In this document: piece by piece, positions 1-8,999 of the stretch
Position numbering within the stretch: position 1 is the first letter of the stretch
Layout of the letters: every line of letters starts with the position of its first letter
DNA from: Flavobacteriales bacterium
GTDB lineage: Bacteria; Bacteroidota; Bacteroidia; Flavobacteriales_G; NORP312
Assembly: GCA_018669945.1 (NCBI GenBank)
Contig: JABHTA010000211.1
Location: forward strand, 1 to 38,215
DNA: 38,215 bases
Direction of reading: 5' to 3'
The notes under the pieces: model-generated
The model's input: only the letters and a program-made list of their open reading frames with translations
What the model was told of the DNA's origin: nothing
The model's database searches: none
Program-made: the position numbers and the translations under genes

Positions 1-806
1 ACTGGGACATAAGCCCATCTAGTGCGGCAGCGAATACCCTAATGCAATTAACCTGGGGAACAAACCCTGGAATAGATGAGGCCGATTTAAGTAATATTGT
101 ACTAGCTCATTATAATAGTGTGGCTGGATATTGGGAAGAAATAGCTACTACCACTAGTGGAGGACCAGCTTCTGGGTCTGTATCGGGAACAGTGAGGAAT
201 TTTAGTCCATTTACCTTAGGCTCCAAATCTAGTGGTAATATACTGCCAATCGATTTAATTTCTTTTACTACAAATTGTAATAATGATGTCGTGGAGGTTA
301 ACTTCTCAGTAGCTTCGCAGCAAAACAATGATTATTTCTTAGTTGAAAGAAGTGTAGATGATATCGAATGGGATGAAATAGGCAGACTTCAAGGCGAAAA
401 TGAGAGTAATAATCAAAAAGAGTATACCATACTAGATTTTACACCAATAGATGGGATGAGTTACTATAGGTTAACCCAGGTAGACTATGATGGTAAATTC
501 AAGACATTTTCAGCAGTAAGTAATTCATGTTACACCAAAGAAACAAATTTACCCATAGTAGTTTATCCTATTCCTGTGGTTAAAAAGTTCACCATTGAAA
601 TTAGCATTGAGGATTATCAAGGTTCAGATGTGTTTTATACTATAACCGATTTACAAGGGTCTGTTGTGTTAGCTAAATCAGTGGAGCTTAATAGAGGCCT
701 TAATTTACTAACGATGGATATTGATCATCTGTCGAGTGGCACATATATTTTAAGTTTTAATAATACAATGAATCATATACCTAACACTAAAATTATTAAA
801 AGATAA
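1..806 (+). CDS. T9SS-secreted surface protein, 3' fragment (5' end lies upstream of the window)
   Basis: The frame of the listed 42..806 ORF stays open back to nt 3 (WDISPSSAAANTL precedes the listed Met), so the gene enters from upstream. It gives a collinear, ungapped match to the C-terminal ~267 aa of the next gene. The last ~80 aa (VVYPIPV...GTYILSFNN...KIIKR) have the pattern of a type-A T9SS C-terminal sorting domain. Confidence 0.8.
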   Translation, partial: WDISPSSAAANTLMQLTWGTNPGIDEADLSNIVLAHYNSVAGYWEEIATTTSGGPASGSVSGTVRNFSPFTLGSKSSGNILPIDLISFTTNCNNDVVEVNFSVASQQNNDYFLVERSVDDIEWDEIGRLQGENESNNQKEYTILDFTPIDGMSYYRLTQVDYDGKFKTFSAVSNSCYTKETNLPIVVYPIPVVKKFTIEISIEDYQGSDVFYTITDLQGSVVLAKSVELNRGLNLLTMDIDHLSSGTYILSFNNTMNHIPNTKIIKR

Positions 807-845
807 TTTATCGTCATTAATAAATGAAGGTATTTTTGTTGAGCT
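1..845 (+). repeat. Copy A of a dispersed/tandem duplication (matches 3350..4200)
   Basis: A constant offset of 3349 nt aligns 1..806 with 3350..4155 without indels. Similarity continues about 40 nt past both stop codons (TAATTT..CATCATT..AATG.AG...TTTTTGTTG). Confidence 0.9.
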
Positions 846-1041
846 CGACTACTCAGTCATGTAGTGTATATATACTCAATTGTGCCATTAACAATGAAAT
901 AGTAGTAACATTATAATATGTTATTAAGTAAAATTAGTGACCTTTGTTAGTAAAACTTAATCGTTTCTAGCAAAAAATTGTTTGTTATGTACGAGTAATA
1001 TGATAATTCGGAACGCTTTAAATTATTAAAATTTGTACATT

Positions 1042-4000
1042 ATGAAAAAATTATATTCTATATCACTACTGTTTTTAACCTTGTCTATGGGGAATTTCTC
1101 CTTTGCTCAAGGTACTGCTACGATAGGTACTGGAACAACCACTACATCTGCTAGAGTAATGTATACCCTCTATGAGGATGGTAGGTCTCAATTCACTTAT
1201 ACTGCTGCAGAACTTGCCGCTGCAGGTGTGCTTGCTGGTGCAGATATTACATCTGTTGCTTGGAATATGTCTTCTGGTGGTACTGGGTTCCCTATGAATA
1301 ATGCTAATGTTAAAATGTCACAACAATCGGGCTTTCCTTCAGGTTATGTGTCAAGCCCAACTACTGTTTGGAGTGGTACATATACAATTCTATCTACGGG
1401 TTGGCAAACAATTACATTAACAACCCCATTTGTGTGGGATGGTGTGAGTAACCTAGTTGTTGAATATTGCTTTGATAATACTTCATATGCCAGTTCAACA
1501 TCTTTTTATTATACAAATACAGCTTCTGCTACGAAATATTATTATGATGATGGAGTATCTGGTTGCTCTATGTCGTCTTACTATAGCTCTAATTACAGAC
1601 TAAATGCTCAATTTGGTTACACGAATCCTTCTACTGATTTCACTTGGACAGGTGGTGCGGGTGATAATAATTGGAACACTGTTGCTAATTGGGATTCTCC
1701 TTCAGGAACACCTGCTTCAGCGGCTCCAACTTCGTCTGATAATTGTATTATCGCTTCTACTGCGGATGCTAATATTACTGCAGGAGGTGCTTGCAATAAT
1801 TTAACTATTAATTCGGACGCTACGTTTAACCTTCAAGATGGTGGACCAGCAATAATTATTGCTGGTGATTTACTGGTGGGAGGATTAAATTCAAGCATTA
1901 ATACAGGAAATTTAACTGTTAATGGTTCAGCAACGATTAGCTCTGGCGCAAAACTTTTAATATCTAACGGCAGCTTAAATGCTAGAGGTGCTTTTGATGC
2001 CACAGGTGCAACAATAGAGTTTTCTGGAACAGGAGAAGTAACAGGAACAATAGCACTAAGTGATGCTGTTGCATCTATAGGCACAATTACGAATACCTCT
2101 GCTGGTGGCACTATAAAATATATGGGTCTTGCTAATCAAACAGTGCATGTTCCTGCCGCTGGAGCCTATCATAACCTAACTATAGAAAATGCAAGTACTA
2201 AAACAGCTGCAGGCAATCTTAATGTAGATGGTAATCTAACTACCGAAGCTGTGGCTTCTTGTGTTTTGGATTTAAGCATTTACGATTTAAATGTAGCTGG
2301 TAACCTTACGGTTGGTTACAGAGGAGGTTTAGATGCTTCAGATGCTGCTTGTGCAGTAACTTTTGATGGCAATTCTACGATAACGCATGCAGGGTCAAAT
2401 GGTGGAGGTACAAGTAACATTTATACTATGAATGATGATGGGTCAAATATGACCGATTTTAATACACCAACTAATGCTTGGCAAACAAATAGCTCATTAT
2501 TTTCTACTGGATCCCAATCATGGCATAGTGTTTATACATCAAATGCTGACAATTCAACACAAACTTTAAATACATTTGATCTTAGTGCCGCTTCTATTGT
2601 TTCTTCAATACTGTCTTTTGATCACATAGCTAAAACGGAAGGGGCTTGGGATAAGTGTTATTTATATTACTCTACCGATGGGGGTTCTAATTACTCCATT
2701 ATTCCGGCCTCTTGGTACGATGGAGGAGATGGTGGGTTATATACAAGTAGAGATGCTTCCGGGCTACCTTATTTCGATGAAGATAGTTATGGATCTTGGG
2801 GTATCTCTTCTTCTACTCCTACCAATTCTTTATGGGAAACCGAAACATTTGATGTTTCAACATTGATTGGTCAAAGTAATGTTAGATTTATGTTTAGATT
2901 AATTAGTGATGGATCAATTGAAAGATATGGTTGGTTAATTGATAATATTCAAGTTACTAATACTATTATTACGTCAATAGACCCAACATTCAATGAGATA
3001 GTTGTACATAGTGAAACTGGGGATGTTACATTAGCTAGTCCTGTTGATGTTACTACAGCATTAACCCTTACAAAAGGAGACATTATTACTACAGCTACAA
3101 ATTATTTAAATGCCGGTTCTGCAACTATTACTGGGGGTGGAAATACATCTCATGTGCAAGGAACCCTCAAAAGGACTTTAGCCAATAATGTTCCGGCAGA
3201 TTTTCCTGTTGGCAATGGAGCTGTATTAAAAAAAGTGACAATAACTCCCTCTGATGCAACATCTAGAGTATGGACTATTGATCAGGTTAATTCGGGATAT
3301 TCTAACATGGATGTTAGTGGAAATATTGATCATGTTTCACCATCAAACTATTGGGATATAAGCCCATCTAGTAGTGCAGCGAATACTGTAATGGAATTAA
3401 CCTGGGGAACAAACCCAGGAATAGATGAGCCCGATTTGAGCAATATTGTACTATCCCATTATAATAGTACGGATGGATACTGGGAAGAAATAACTACTAC
3501 TCCAAGTGGTGGACCAGCTTCTGGATCTATATCGGGAACAGTGAGTAATTTTAGTCCGTTTGCTTTAGGCTCCAAATCTAGTGGTAATGTTCTACCAATC
3601 GATTTAATTTCGTTTACTGCAAATTGTAAAGACGAAGTCGTGGATGTTAAGTTCTCAGTAGCTTCGCAGCAAAACAATGATTATTTCTTAGTTGAAAGAA
3701 GTATAGATGGCAATGAATGGGCTGAACTTGGCACACTTCAAGGAGAAAATAAAAGCAATAACCATAAAGATTATAGTATACAGGATTTTACGCCAATAGA
3801 TGGGATGAGTTACTATAGGTTAACTCAGGTTGACTATGATGGTAAATTCAAGGTTTTCTCCCCAATACATAATTCATGTTATAGTAAAGAAACAAATTTA
3901 TCTATGGTAGTTTATCCTATACCCGTTATTAATGAGTTTACCTTCGAAATTAGCGTTGATGACTATCAAGGTTCAGATGTTTTTTATAATATAATAAATA

Positions 4001-4155
4001 TGCAAGGAGCTATTGTTTTGGCTGGTTCTTTAGAGCTTAATAAGGGTTTTAATAAACGAACGATAGATATTGATCAGCTATCCAGTGGGGTATATATTCT
4101 AAGTGTAAATAACACAAAGAATCACATACCCAAAACTAGAATTGTTAAAAAATAA
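1042..4155 (+). CDS. Large T9SS-secreted cell-surface protein (signal peptide, beta-helix-like repeats, MAM/choice-of-anchor-J-like beta-sandwich, T9SS C-terminal domain)
   Basis: The track start at 1033 is TTG. The first ATG at 1042 gives MKKLYSISLLFLTLSMGNFSFAQ, a typical signal peptide. The body is Thr/Ser/Asn/Gly-rich with repeats such as NLTVNGSATISSGAKLLISNGSLNA. The central segment ...SQSWHS...FDLSAAS...LSFDH...YLYYSTDGGSNY...FDVSTLIGQSNVRFMFRLISDGSIERYGWLIDNIQV looks like a beta-sandwich. The C-terminus VVYPIPVINEFTFEIS...GVYILSVNN...RIVKK is a T9SS sorting-domain pattern. Confidence 0.85.
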   Translation: MKKLYSISLLFLTLSMGNFSFAQGTATIGTGTTTTSARVMYTLYEDGRSQFTYTAAELAAAGVLAGADITSVAWNMSSGGTGFPMNNANVKMSQQSGFPSGYVSSPTTVWSGTYTILSTGWQTITLTTPFVWDGVSNLVVEYCFDNTSYASSTSFYYTNTASATKYYYDDGVSGCSMSSYYSSNYRLNAQFGYTNPSTDFTWTGGAGDNNWNTVANWDSPSGTPASAAPTSSDNCIIASTADANITAGGACNNLTINSDATFNLQDGGPAIIIAGDLLVGGLNSSINTGNLTVNGSATISSGAKLLISNGSLNARGAFDATGATIEFSGTGEVTGTIALSDAVASIGTITNTSAGGTIKYMGLANQTVHVPAAGAYHNLTIENASTKTAAGNLNVDGNLTTEAVASCVLDLSIYDLNVAGNLTVGYRGGLDASDAACAVTFDGNSTITHAGSNGGGTSNIYTMNDDGSNMTDFNTPTNAWQTNSSLFSTGSQSWHSVYTSNADNSTQTLNTFDLSAASIVSSILSFDHIAKTEGAWDKCYLYYSTDGGSNYSIIPASWYDGGDGGLYTSRDASGLPYFDEDSYGSWGISSSTPTNSLWETETFDVSTLIGQSNVRFMFRLISDGSIERYGWLIDNIQVTNTIITSIDPTFNEIVVHSETGDVTLASPVDVTTALTLTKGDIITTATNYLNAGSATITGGGNTSHVQGTLKRTLANNVPADFPVGNGAVLKKVTITPSDATSRVWTIDQVNSGYSNMDVSGNIDHVSPSNYWDISPSSSAANTVMELTWGTNPGIDEPDLSNIVLSHYNSTDGYWEEITTTPSGGPASGSISGTVSNFSPFALGSKSSGNVLPIDLISFTANCKDEVVDVKFSVASQQNNDYFLVERSIDGNEWAELGTLQGENKSNNHKDYSIQDFTPIDGMSYYRLTQVDYDGKFKVFSPIHNSCYSKETNLSMVVYPIPVINEFTFEISVDDYQGSDVFYNIINMQGAIVLAGSLELNKGFNKRTIDIDQLSSGVYILSVNNTKNHIPKTRIVKK

Positions 4156-4200
4156 TTTCCCATCATTTTAAGAATGGAGCTTCGGCTCCTTTTTTTGTTG
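3350..4200 (+). repeat. Copy B of the duplication (matches 1..845)
   Basis: See copy A. My hand alignment of the 254-aa segments starting at MQLTWG / MELTWG gives 192 identical residues and no gaps. Confidence 0.9.
4176..4196 (+). terminator. Rho-independent terminator after the 1037-aa T9SS gene
   Basis: GGAGC-ttcg-GCTCC hairpin (4176..4189) followed directly by T7 (4190..4196), 21 nt after the stop codon. Confidence 0.7.
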
Positions 4201-4266
4201 CGCGCAATTCTAGTATTTTTTTATCTTTCCTCAATTATATTTAGTAGATTTTAATTTCTAGCAACA

Positions 4267-4947
4267 ATGAAAATACTGGTAATTGAGGATGAGCCTAGTG
4301 TATCATCTTTTATAAAGAAAGGACTCGAAGAGCAAGGCAATGAAGTTGTTCAAGCTTTTGATGGTGCTTCTGGCGTTAAACTTGCTTGTCAATACGAATT
4401 TGATATAATCATATTAGATATAGTTATGCCTATAATGAATGGTACTGAAGCGTGCTATGCGCTAAAAAACAAACACCATATCGAAGCACCTATTATTATG
4501 CTTACTGCCCTTGGAAGTACAGACGACATTGTCTCTGGATTAGAGTCGGGCGCAGATGATTATCTTGCCAAGCCATTTAAGTTTAAGGAACTTCTCGCAC
4601 GTATCTTTGCTTTAACAAGGCGTAATAATTTTAATAATGGAAATCGCTCGCTCCAATTAACTGTTCAGGATTTGACAATGGATTTAAATTTAAAAGAAGT
4701 CTATAGAAACAACAAAGAAGTTAAACTTACTTCTCGTGAATTTCGATTACTAGAATATCTTCTGCGTAACAAAAATAGAGTTGTTTCAAGAATGGATATA
4801 CTTGAAAATGTTTGGGAAATAGATTTTGATATAGGCACAAATGTAATAGACGTATATATAAATTATCTCAGAAAGAAGATTGAAGATGCGAAATCCTCCA
4901 AAATTATTAAGACTGTAATTGGAATGGGATATATTATAAAAGATTAG
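4267..4947 (+). CDS. OmpR/PhoB-family two-component response regulator
   Basis: Receiver domain (MKILVIEDE..., phospho-acceptor context IILDIVMP, ...LTA..., KPF). C-terminal winged-helix output domain (LTSREFRLLEYLL...V.SR..ILE.VW...NVIDVYINYLRKKI...TV.G.GY). Confidence 0.9.
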   Translation: MKILVIEDEPSVSSFIKKGLEEQGNEVVQAFDGASGVKLACQYEFDIIILDIVMPIMNGTEACYALKNKHHIEAPIIMLTALGSTDDIVSGLESGADDYLAKPFKFKELLARIFALTRRNNFNNGNRSLQLTVQDLTMDLNLKEVYRNNKEVKLTSREFRLLEYLLRNKNRVVSRMDILENVWEIDFDIGTNVIDVYINYLRKKIEDAKSSKIIKTVIGMGYIIKD

Positions 4948-4955
4948 CATTAGAA

Positions 4956-6311
4956 GTGAAGATTACAACAAAATTATCTATCATTTTTTCTATAATAGCT
5001 AGCGTTGCTCTAGTTATATTCGGAGTTCTCGTATATCTTTTTACATTAAATCACAGCGACAAAGTTTTTCAAGAGCTTTTAAGTGACAGAGTAACAATTA
5101 CCGAAAAACTATTTTTAGAAAAAGAAAGTTTTTCAGCTATCGAACTTGAAAAAATTAAAGGTCAATTTCTACGTGCTTTACCAGAAGAGACCGAAGAAGT
5201 AATAGAACTTAAAAATGATGTTATGCCTGTTTTTAAGTATAACTACAGCGATAAGAACAAACAGCAATTAATTGTCAATGAATCATATTCTTTCCAAGAA
5301 GGTAATATGACAGGAGTGAGTAACATTTTTAATGTCAATAAGAAAAGGTATTTAATAATTGTAACAGCTGTTGATGTTGTTGGCATTCAAAATTTAGTTT
5401 TTTTACGTGTAAGAATTATTATCTTAATACTTATTGTGCTTCCCCTCCTATTTATTACAAGTTTTGTAGTTACCAAAAGAGCTTTACGTCCATTAACTAA
5501 TAAAATTCACCATGCCAATGCAATTAGTGCAAGTAATCTTTACGAGCGTTTACAGATAATTAACCCAAACGATGAAATTGGAGAATTGGCTATAGCTTTT
5601 AATAAACTCCTAGATAGATTAGAGGCTTCTTTCAAGTCTCAGAAATCTTTTATTTCTAATGCTTCTCATGAAATTAGAAATCCACTTACCGCAATTATGG
5701 GTGAGGCTGAAATAACGGGTGCGAAACTTAGATCAACAGAAGAATATGCTGAGTCACTTAAAACCATTCTTCAAGAAGCAGAAAGACTAAGTCTTACAGT
5801 AAATAATCTACTTGAACTATCAAAAGTGCGAGCTACGGAAGAAGACATTAAATTTGAAATATTACAATTTGACGATTTTTTGGAAGAAGTAAAGACCAGT
5901 TTTGATTTTTTTTCTCCTGAGAATAAAGTGTCTATTTCCATAGCAAAAACTCAAAGTGGAATTTACAGTGTATCAATAAATAAAAACCTAATGAAAACAG
6001 CTTTATTTAACTTACTTGATAATGCCTGTAAATTTTCTTCAAACAAACCCGTTGAAATTAAACTCGTTAAAGTAGGTAATTGGTTATCCTTAGCAATTGA
6101 AGATAATGGTCTAGGAATTACCGAAAAAGATCTCCTACAAATTAAAGAACCTTTTTATAGAGGTGAAAACACGCTTCACATTAATGGTTCTGGAATTGGG
6201 TTGGCCTTATGTGAAAAAATTATAACACTCAACAACGGAACGTTAACCATAGATTCTGTCCTCAACAACGGAACGAAAGTTATAATAATGTTGCCATTTC
6301 AATCAACATAA
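4956..6311 (+). CDS. Sensor histidine kinase (two TM segments, HAMP-like linker, HisKA + HATPase_c)
   Basis: GTG start 8 nt after the regulator's stop. H-box FISNASHEIRNPL, N-box LLDNACKFS, G-boxes EDNGLGI and GSGIGLALC. Hydrophobic segments lie near residues 10-30 and 145-170. Confidence 0.9.
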   Translation: MKITTKLSIIFSIIASVALVIFGVLVYLFTLNHSDKVFQELLSDRVTITEKLFLEKESFSAIELEKIKGQFLRALPEETEEVIELKNDVMPVFKYNYSDKNKQQLIVNESYSFQEGNMTGVSNIFNVNKKRYLIIVTAVDVVGIQNLVFLRVRIIILILIVLPLLFITSFVVTKRALRPLTNKIHHANAISASNLYERLQIINPNDEIGELAIAFNKLLDRLEASFKSQKSFISNASHEIRNPLTAIMGEAEITGAKLRSTEEYAESLKTILQEAERLSLTVNNLLELSKVRATEEDIKFEILQFDDFLEEVKTSFDFFSPENKVSISIAKTQSGIYSVSINKNLMKTALFNLLDNACKFSSNKPVEIKLVKVGNWLSLAIEDNGLGITEKDLLQIKEPFYRGENTLHINGSGIGLALCEKIITLNNGTLTIDSVLNNGTKVIIMLPFQST

Positions 6312-6432
6312 GCTTAAACCACTTTTCGGATAAGTATTGCCTTGCTTTTGATATATTTATTTAATCATTTTAGAAGTAAATATGTACTGATTTAGAACCA
6401 CATAAAATTCTAATGTTATTTTAATCTCAGTC

Positions 6433-6440
6433 TAATTTTG
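6433..6440 (+). promoter_or_regulatory. Candidate Bacteroidota -7 promoter motif (TAATTTTG) for the SulP-USP pair
   Basis: Matches TAnnTTTG and ends 48 nt upstream of the ATG at 6489. Confidence 0.3.
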
Positions 6441-6488
6441 TCTTAATATCCATTACATAAACTTGCGTAATTATTAAATTGACAAGTA

Positions 6489-8063
6489 ATGTTAGAAGAT
6501 AGTGAAATAAAAGAAAGTGCTTTAAAAAACATTCGACAAGATTTTCCTGCGAGTATTGTAGTTTTTTTCGTAGCTCTGCCGCTTTGTCTCGGTATAGCAT
6601 TAGCAAGTGGAGCATCACTTTTTTCAGGCATAATTGCAGGAATTGTTGGAGGCATAGTTGTTGGCAGTCTTAGTAACTCAGCATTAGGTGTTAGCGGACC
6701 CGCTGCTGGACTTGCCGTTATTGTATTTAATTCTATTCAATCGCTAGGTGCTTTCGATATTTTTCTTGTTGCAGTTGTAATAGCTGGTGGTCTCCAAATA
6801 TTGATGGGTTTATTGAAGGGCGGAACTATTGCATACTATTTTCCATCAGCTGTAATAAAAGGGATGTTAGCAGGTATTGGAATAATTATTTTTCTAAAGC
6901 AGATACCACATGCATTAGGTTATGATGCTGATTTTGGAGGTGCTCTATCTTTTAATCAAGGAAATGGCGAAAATACATTTACAGTGCTTCTTAAGGTGTT
7001 AAACTCTGTTTCATCTGGACCGTTAATTGTTAGTATCGTTTCGTTATTTATTTTAATCACTTGGGATAAGGTACTTGCTGATAAACACAAGGTTTTCAAA
7101 CTCGTGCAAGGTCCGGTTGTCGCAGTAATTTTTGGAATTATATATCAATTAATTACTTCCCAATATTTTCCTAGCATTTCAATAGGTTCTAAACATTTAG
7201 TAAGCGTTCCTGTTGCAGGAAGTTTATCTGAGTTCTCCAACTTATTTAACTTTCCTGATTTTAGTCATATTTTATCTAAGGAAGTATGGGTAATAAGTTT
7301 CACAATCGCAATTGTTGCAAGTTTAGAAACCCTTTTATGTGTTGAAGCAACAGATAAACTTGATCCCCTAAAGAGAACCACTAACACAAATAGAGAACTA
7401 ATAGCCCAAGGTTTGGGAAATATGATTTCGGGTTTTATTGGAGGCCTACCAATAACACAAGTTATCGTTCGAAGCTCAGCAAATATTCAATCTGGGGGGA
7501 AAACTAAACTATCCGCAATAATGCACGGTATATTTTTATTGCTAATTGTAGTTTCTATTCCATTTGTATTAAATATTATACCGCTTGCTGTTTTAGCAAG
7601 TATTTTGATAATTGTGGGTTATAAGCTTGCCAAACCTAGCCTGTTTAAACAAATGTATAGAATTGGATGGAAACAATTTTTACCGTTTATAGTAACTATT
7701 GTTGGGATCGTATTTACTGACTTGCTAATTGGTATTGCTTTAGGAGTGGCCGTTGGGTTGTTTATACCTTTAATTACTAGTGCTAGAAACTCACATTTCC
7801 TTCATCAGGAAGAAGTGGATAATGGACACCACAATGTGATGATGAGGCTTGCTGAGGAAGTGACTTTCTTGAATAAAGGTGCAATTCTAAAAGCGTTAAA
7901 TAATTTACCCATTGGCACTCACCTCACAATTGATATGAGTGAATCAATTAGCATCGATTATGATGTTCTAGAGATTATTGTCAATTTCAAGAACACTGGC
8001 GAAAGCAAAGGCTATCAAGTTAAACTGATAAACAAGAAGAAAATTAGAACAGCAGACTATTAA
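6489..8063 (+). CDS. SulP-family inorganic anion transporter with C-terminal STAS domain
   Basis: Polytopic N-terminal domain with SulP-like N-terminus (FPASIVVFFVALPLCLGIALASGA...GIIAGIVGGIVVG...GPAAG). Soluble C-terminal STAS-like segment (VMMRLAEEVTFLNKGAILKALNNLP...). Confidence 0.9.
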   Translation: MLEDSEIKESALKNIRQDFPASIVVFFVALPLCLGIALASGASLFSGIIAGIVGGIVVGSLSNSALGVSGPAAGLAVIVFNSIQSLGAFDIFLVAVVIAGGLQILMGLLKGGTIAYYFPSAVIKGMLAGIGIIIFLKQIPHALGYDADFGGALSFNQGNGENTFTVLLKVLNSVSSGPLIVSIVSLFILITWDKVLADKHKVFKLVQGPVVAVIFGIIYQLITSQYFPSISIGSKHLVSVPVAGSLSEFSNLFNFPDFSHILSKEVWVISFTIAIVASLETLLCVEATDKLDPLKRTTNTNRELIAQGLGNMISGFIGGLPITQVIVRSSANIQSGGKTKLSAIMHGIFLLLIVVSIPFVLNIIPLAVLASILIIVGYKLAKPSLFKQMYRIGWKQFLPFIVTIVGIVFTDLLIGIALGVAVGLFIPLITSARNSHFLHQEEVDNGHHNVMMRLAEEVTFLNKGAILKALNNLPIGTHLTIDMSESISIDYDVLEIIVNFKNTGESKGYQVKLINKKKIRTADY

Positions 8064-8065
8064 CG

Positions 8066-8908
8066 ATGACTAGTCAATCCCCTAGGCCAAGCACAATTCT
8101 AGTTTTAACAGATTTCTCTGAGGCTTCATATGTGGCTCTTCGTTATGCCATTTCTATAGCAAAGAGCACATTATCAAAAATTCATCTTTTTCATGTTGCT
8201 AATGCTAGTTCAATTGTAAAAAGTGATAATCAGGCTGCAGCTATTCGAGAAATAAATATCGAACGAAAAAAAATCGTGGCACGCCTCACTTCTTTAGTGG
8301 AAATTATTGAAACAGAAAAGCTCAATGCCGCATTTGACTACCATATGGGTAATTTCAGTGCGGTTTTAGCCGAACAATTAAAGTTTAGTAAACCAGATTT
8401 AGTTATTATTGGTCAAAAGAAGAAAATTTCTTTAAGTGAAGCAGTAAATATTCTAATTGATATTCACGAAGGTGCAATAATTATAATAAGCAAAGAATCA
8501 GAAGTGTTTTCTAACTCAAATATTTCTCTTGCGTTAGATATAAATACATTTTACAATTATAAAATCAACCTTTCTTTTGGCATCAAGGAGCTCACAAATA
8601 TACATCTAAAAGTAGTTAACAAAATCGAAAAATCTAAAGCTAAAGACGTAATTGTTCTGCCAAAATTAAATTTGTCTTATTATGAAAAGGCGAGAAAATT
8701 TATTTCTAACCATTTTAATTATCGTTACAATGTCGCAGATATAATTCAACAGATTGATGATAAAGAACATGATCTATTGGCCATTGCAAGGGAAAAAAGA
8801 AATCACTCTTTTCTTAATAGGCTGTTTTTCCCAAACACGAATCTATTGGGATTAATTAATAGAACGAAAAAGCCGATACTTTTGCTGTCTAAAACTAATG
8901 ATAATTAA
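8066..8908 (+). CDS. Universal-stress-protein (USP)-like protein, two-domain type
   Basis: The ATG lies 2 nt after the SulP stop. The N-terminus ILVLTDFSEASYVALRYAISIAK...IHLFHV is a typical first strand/helix of the USP fold. The length fits tandem USP domains. I do not see the G-x2-G-x9-G(S/T) ATP-binding motif. Confidence 0.6.
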   Translation: MTSQSPRPSTILVLTDFSEASYVALRYAISIAKSTLSKIHLFHVANASSIVKSDNQAAAIREINIERKKIVARLTSLVEIIETEKLNAAFDYHMGNFSAVLAEQLKFSKPDLVIIGQKKKISLSEAVNILIDIHEGAIIIISKESEVFSNSNISLALDINTFYNYKINLSFGIKELTNIHLKVVNKIEKSKAKDVIVLPKLNLSYYEKARKFISNHFNYRYNVADIIQQIDDKEHDLLAIAREKRNHSFLNRLFFPNTNLLGLINRTKKPILLLSKTNDN

Positions 8909-8991
8909 TATTATTGGTTATCAACTAAATTGTATTGCTTAGATTTCTGTATCTAGCCAGCAATAACAATGTTAGTTTGAAATAAATGTTG

Positions 8992-8999
8992 TAAATTTG
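8992..8999 (+). promoter_or_regulatory. Orphan TAnnTTTG motif (TAAATTTG) inside the 415-nt gene-free gap
   Basis: Exact match to the -7 consensus. There is no ORF downstream. It lies 4 nt before a 9-bp stem-loop and about 65 nt before an intrinsic terminator. Confidence 0.25.

Noticed and set aside
110-328. 72-aa antisense ORF, mirrored by a second 72-aa antisense ORF at 3459..3677
   Set aside because: Both lie antisense inside the duplicated T9SS 3' module, so the apparent conservation just reflects the sense-strand duplication. There are no start-context, promoter or family features. Treated as spurious.
4198-4207. Perfect GC-rich palindrome TTGCGCGCAA just upstream of the two-component operon. 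I considered it as an operator.
   Set aside because: OmpR-type regulators usually bind direct repeats, and the site abuts the upstream terminator. The paralogous flank after copy A has a diverged counterpart (TTGAGCTCGA), so it is more simply part of the duplicated 3' flank. It is noted under the duplication finding instead.
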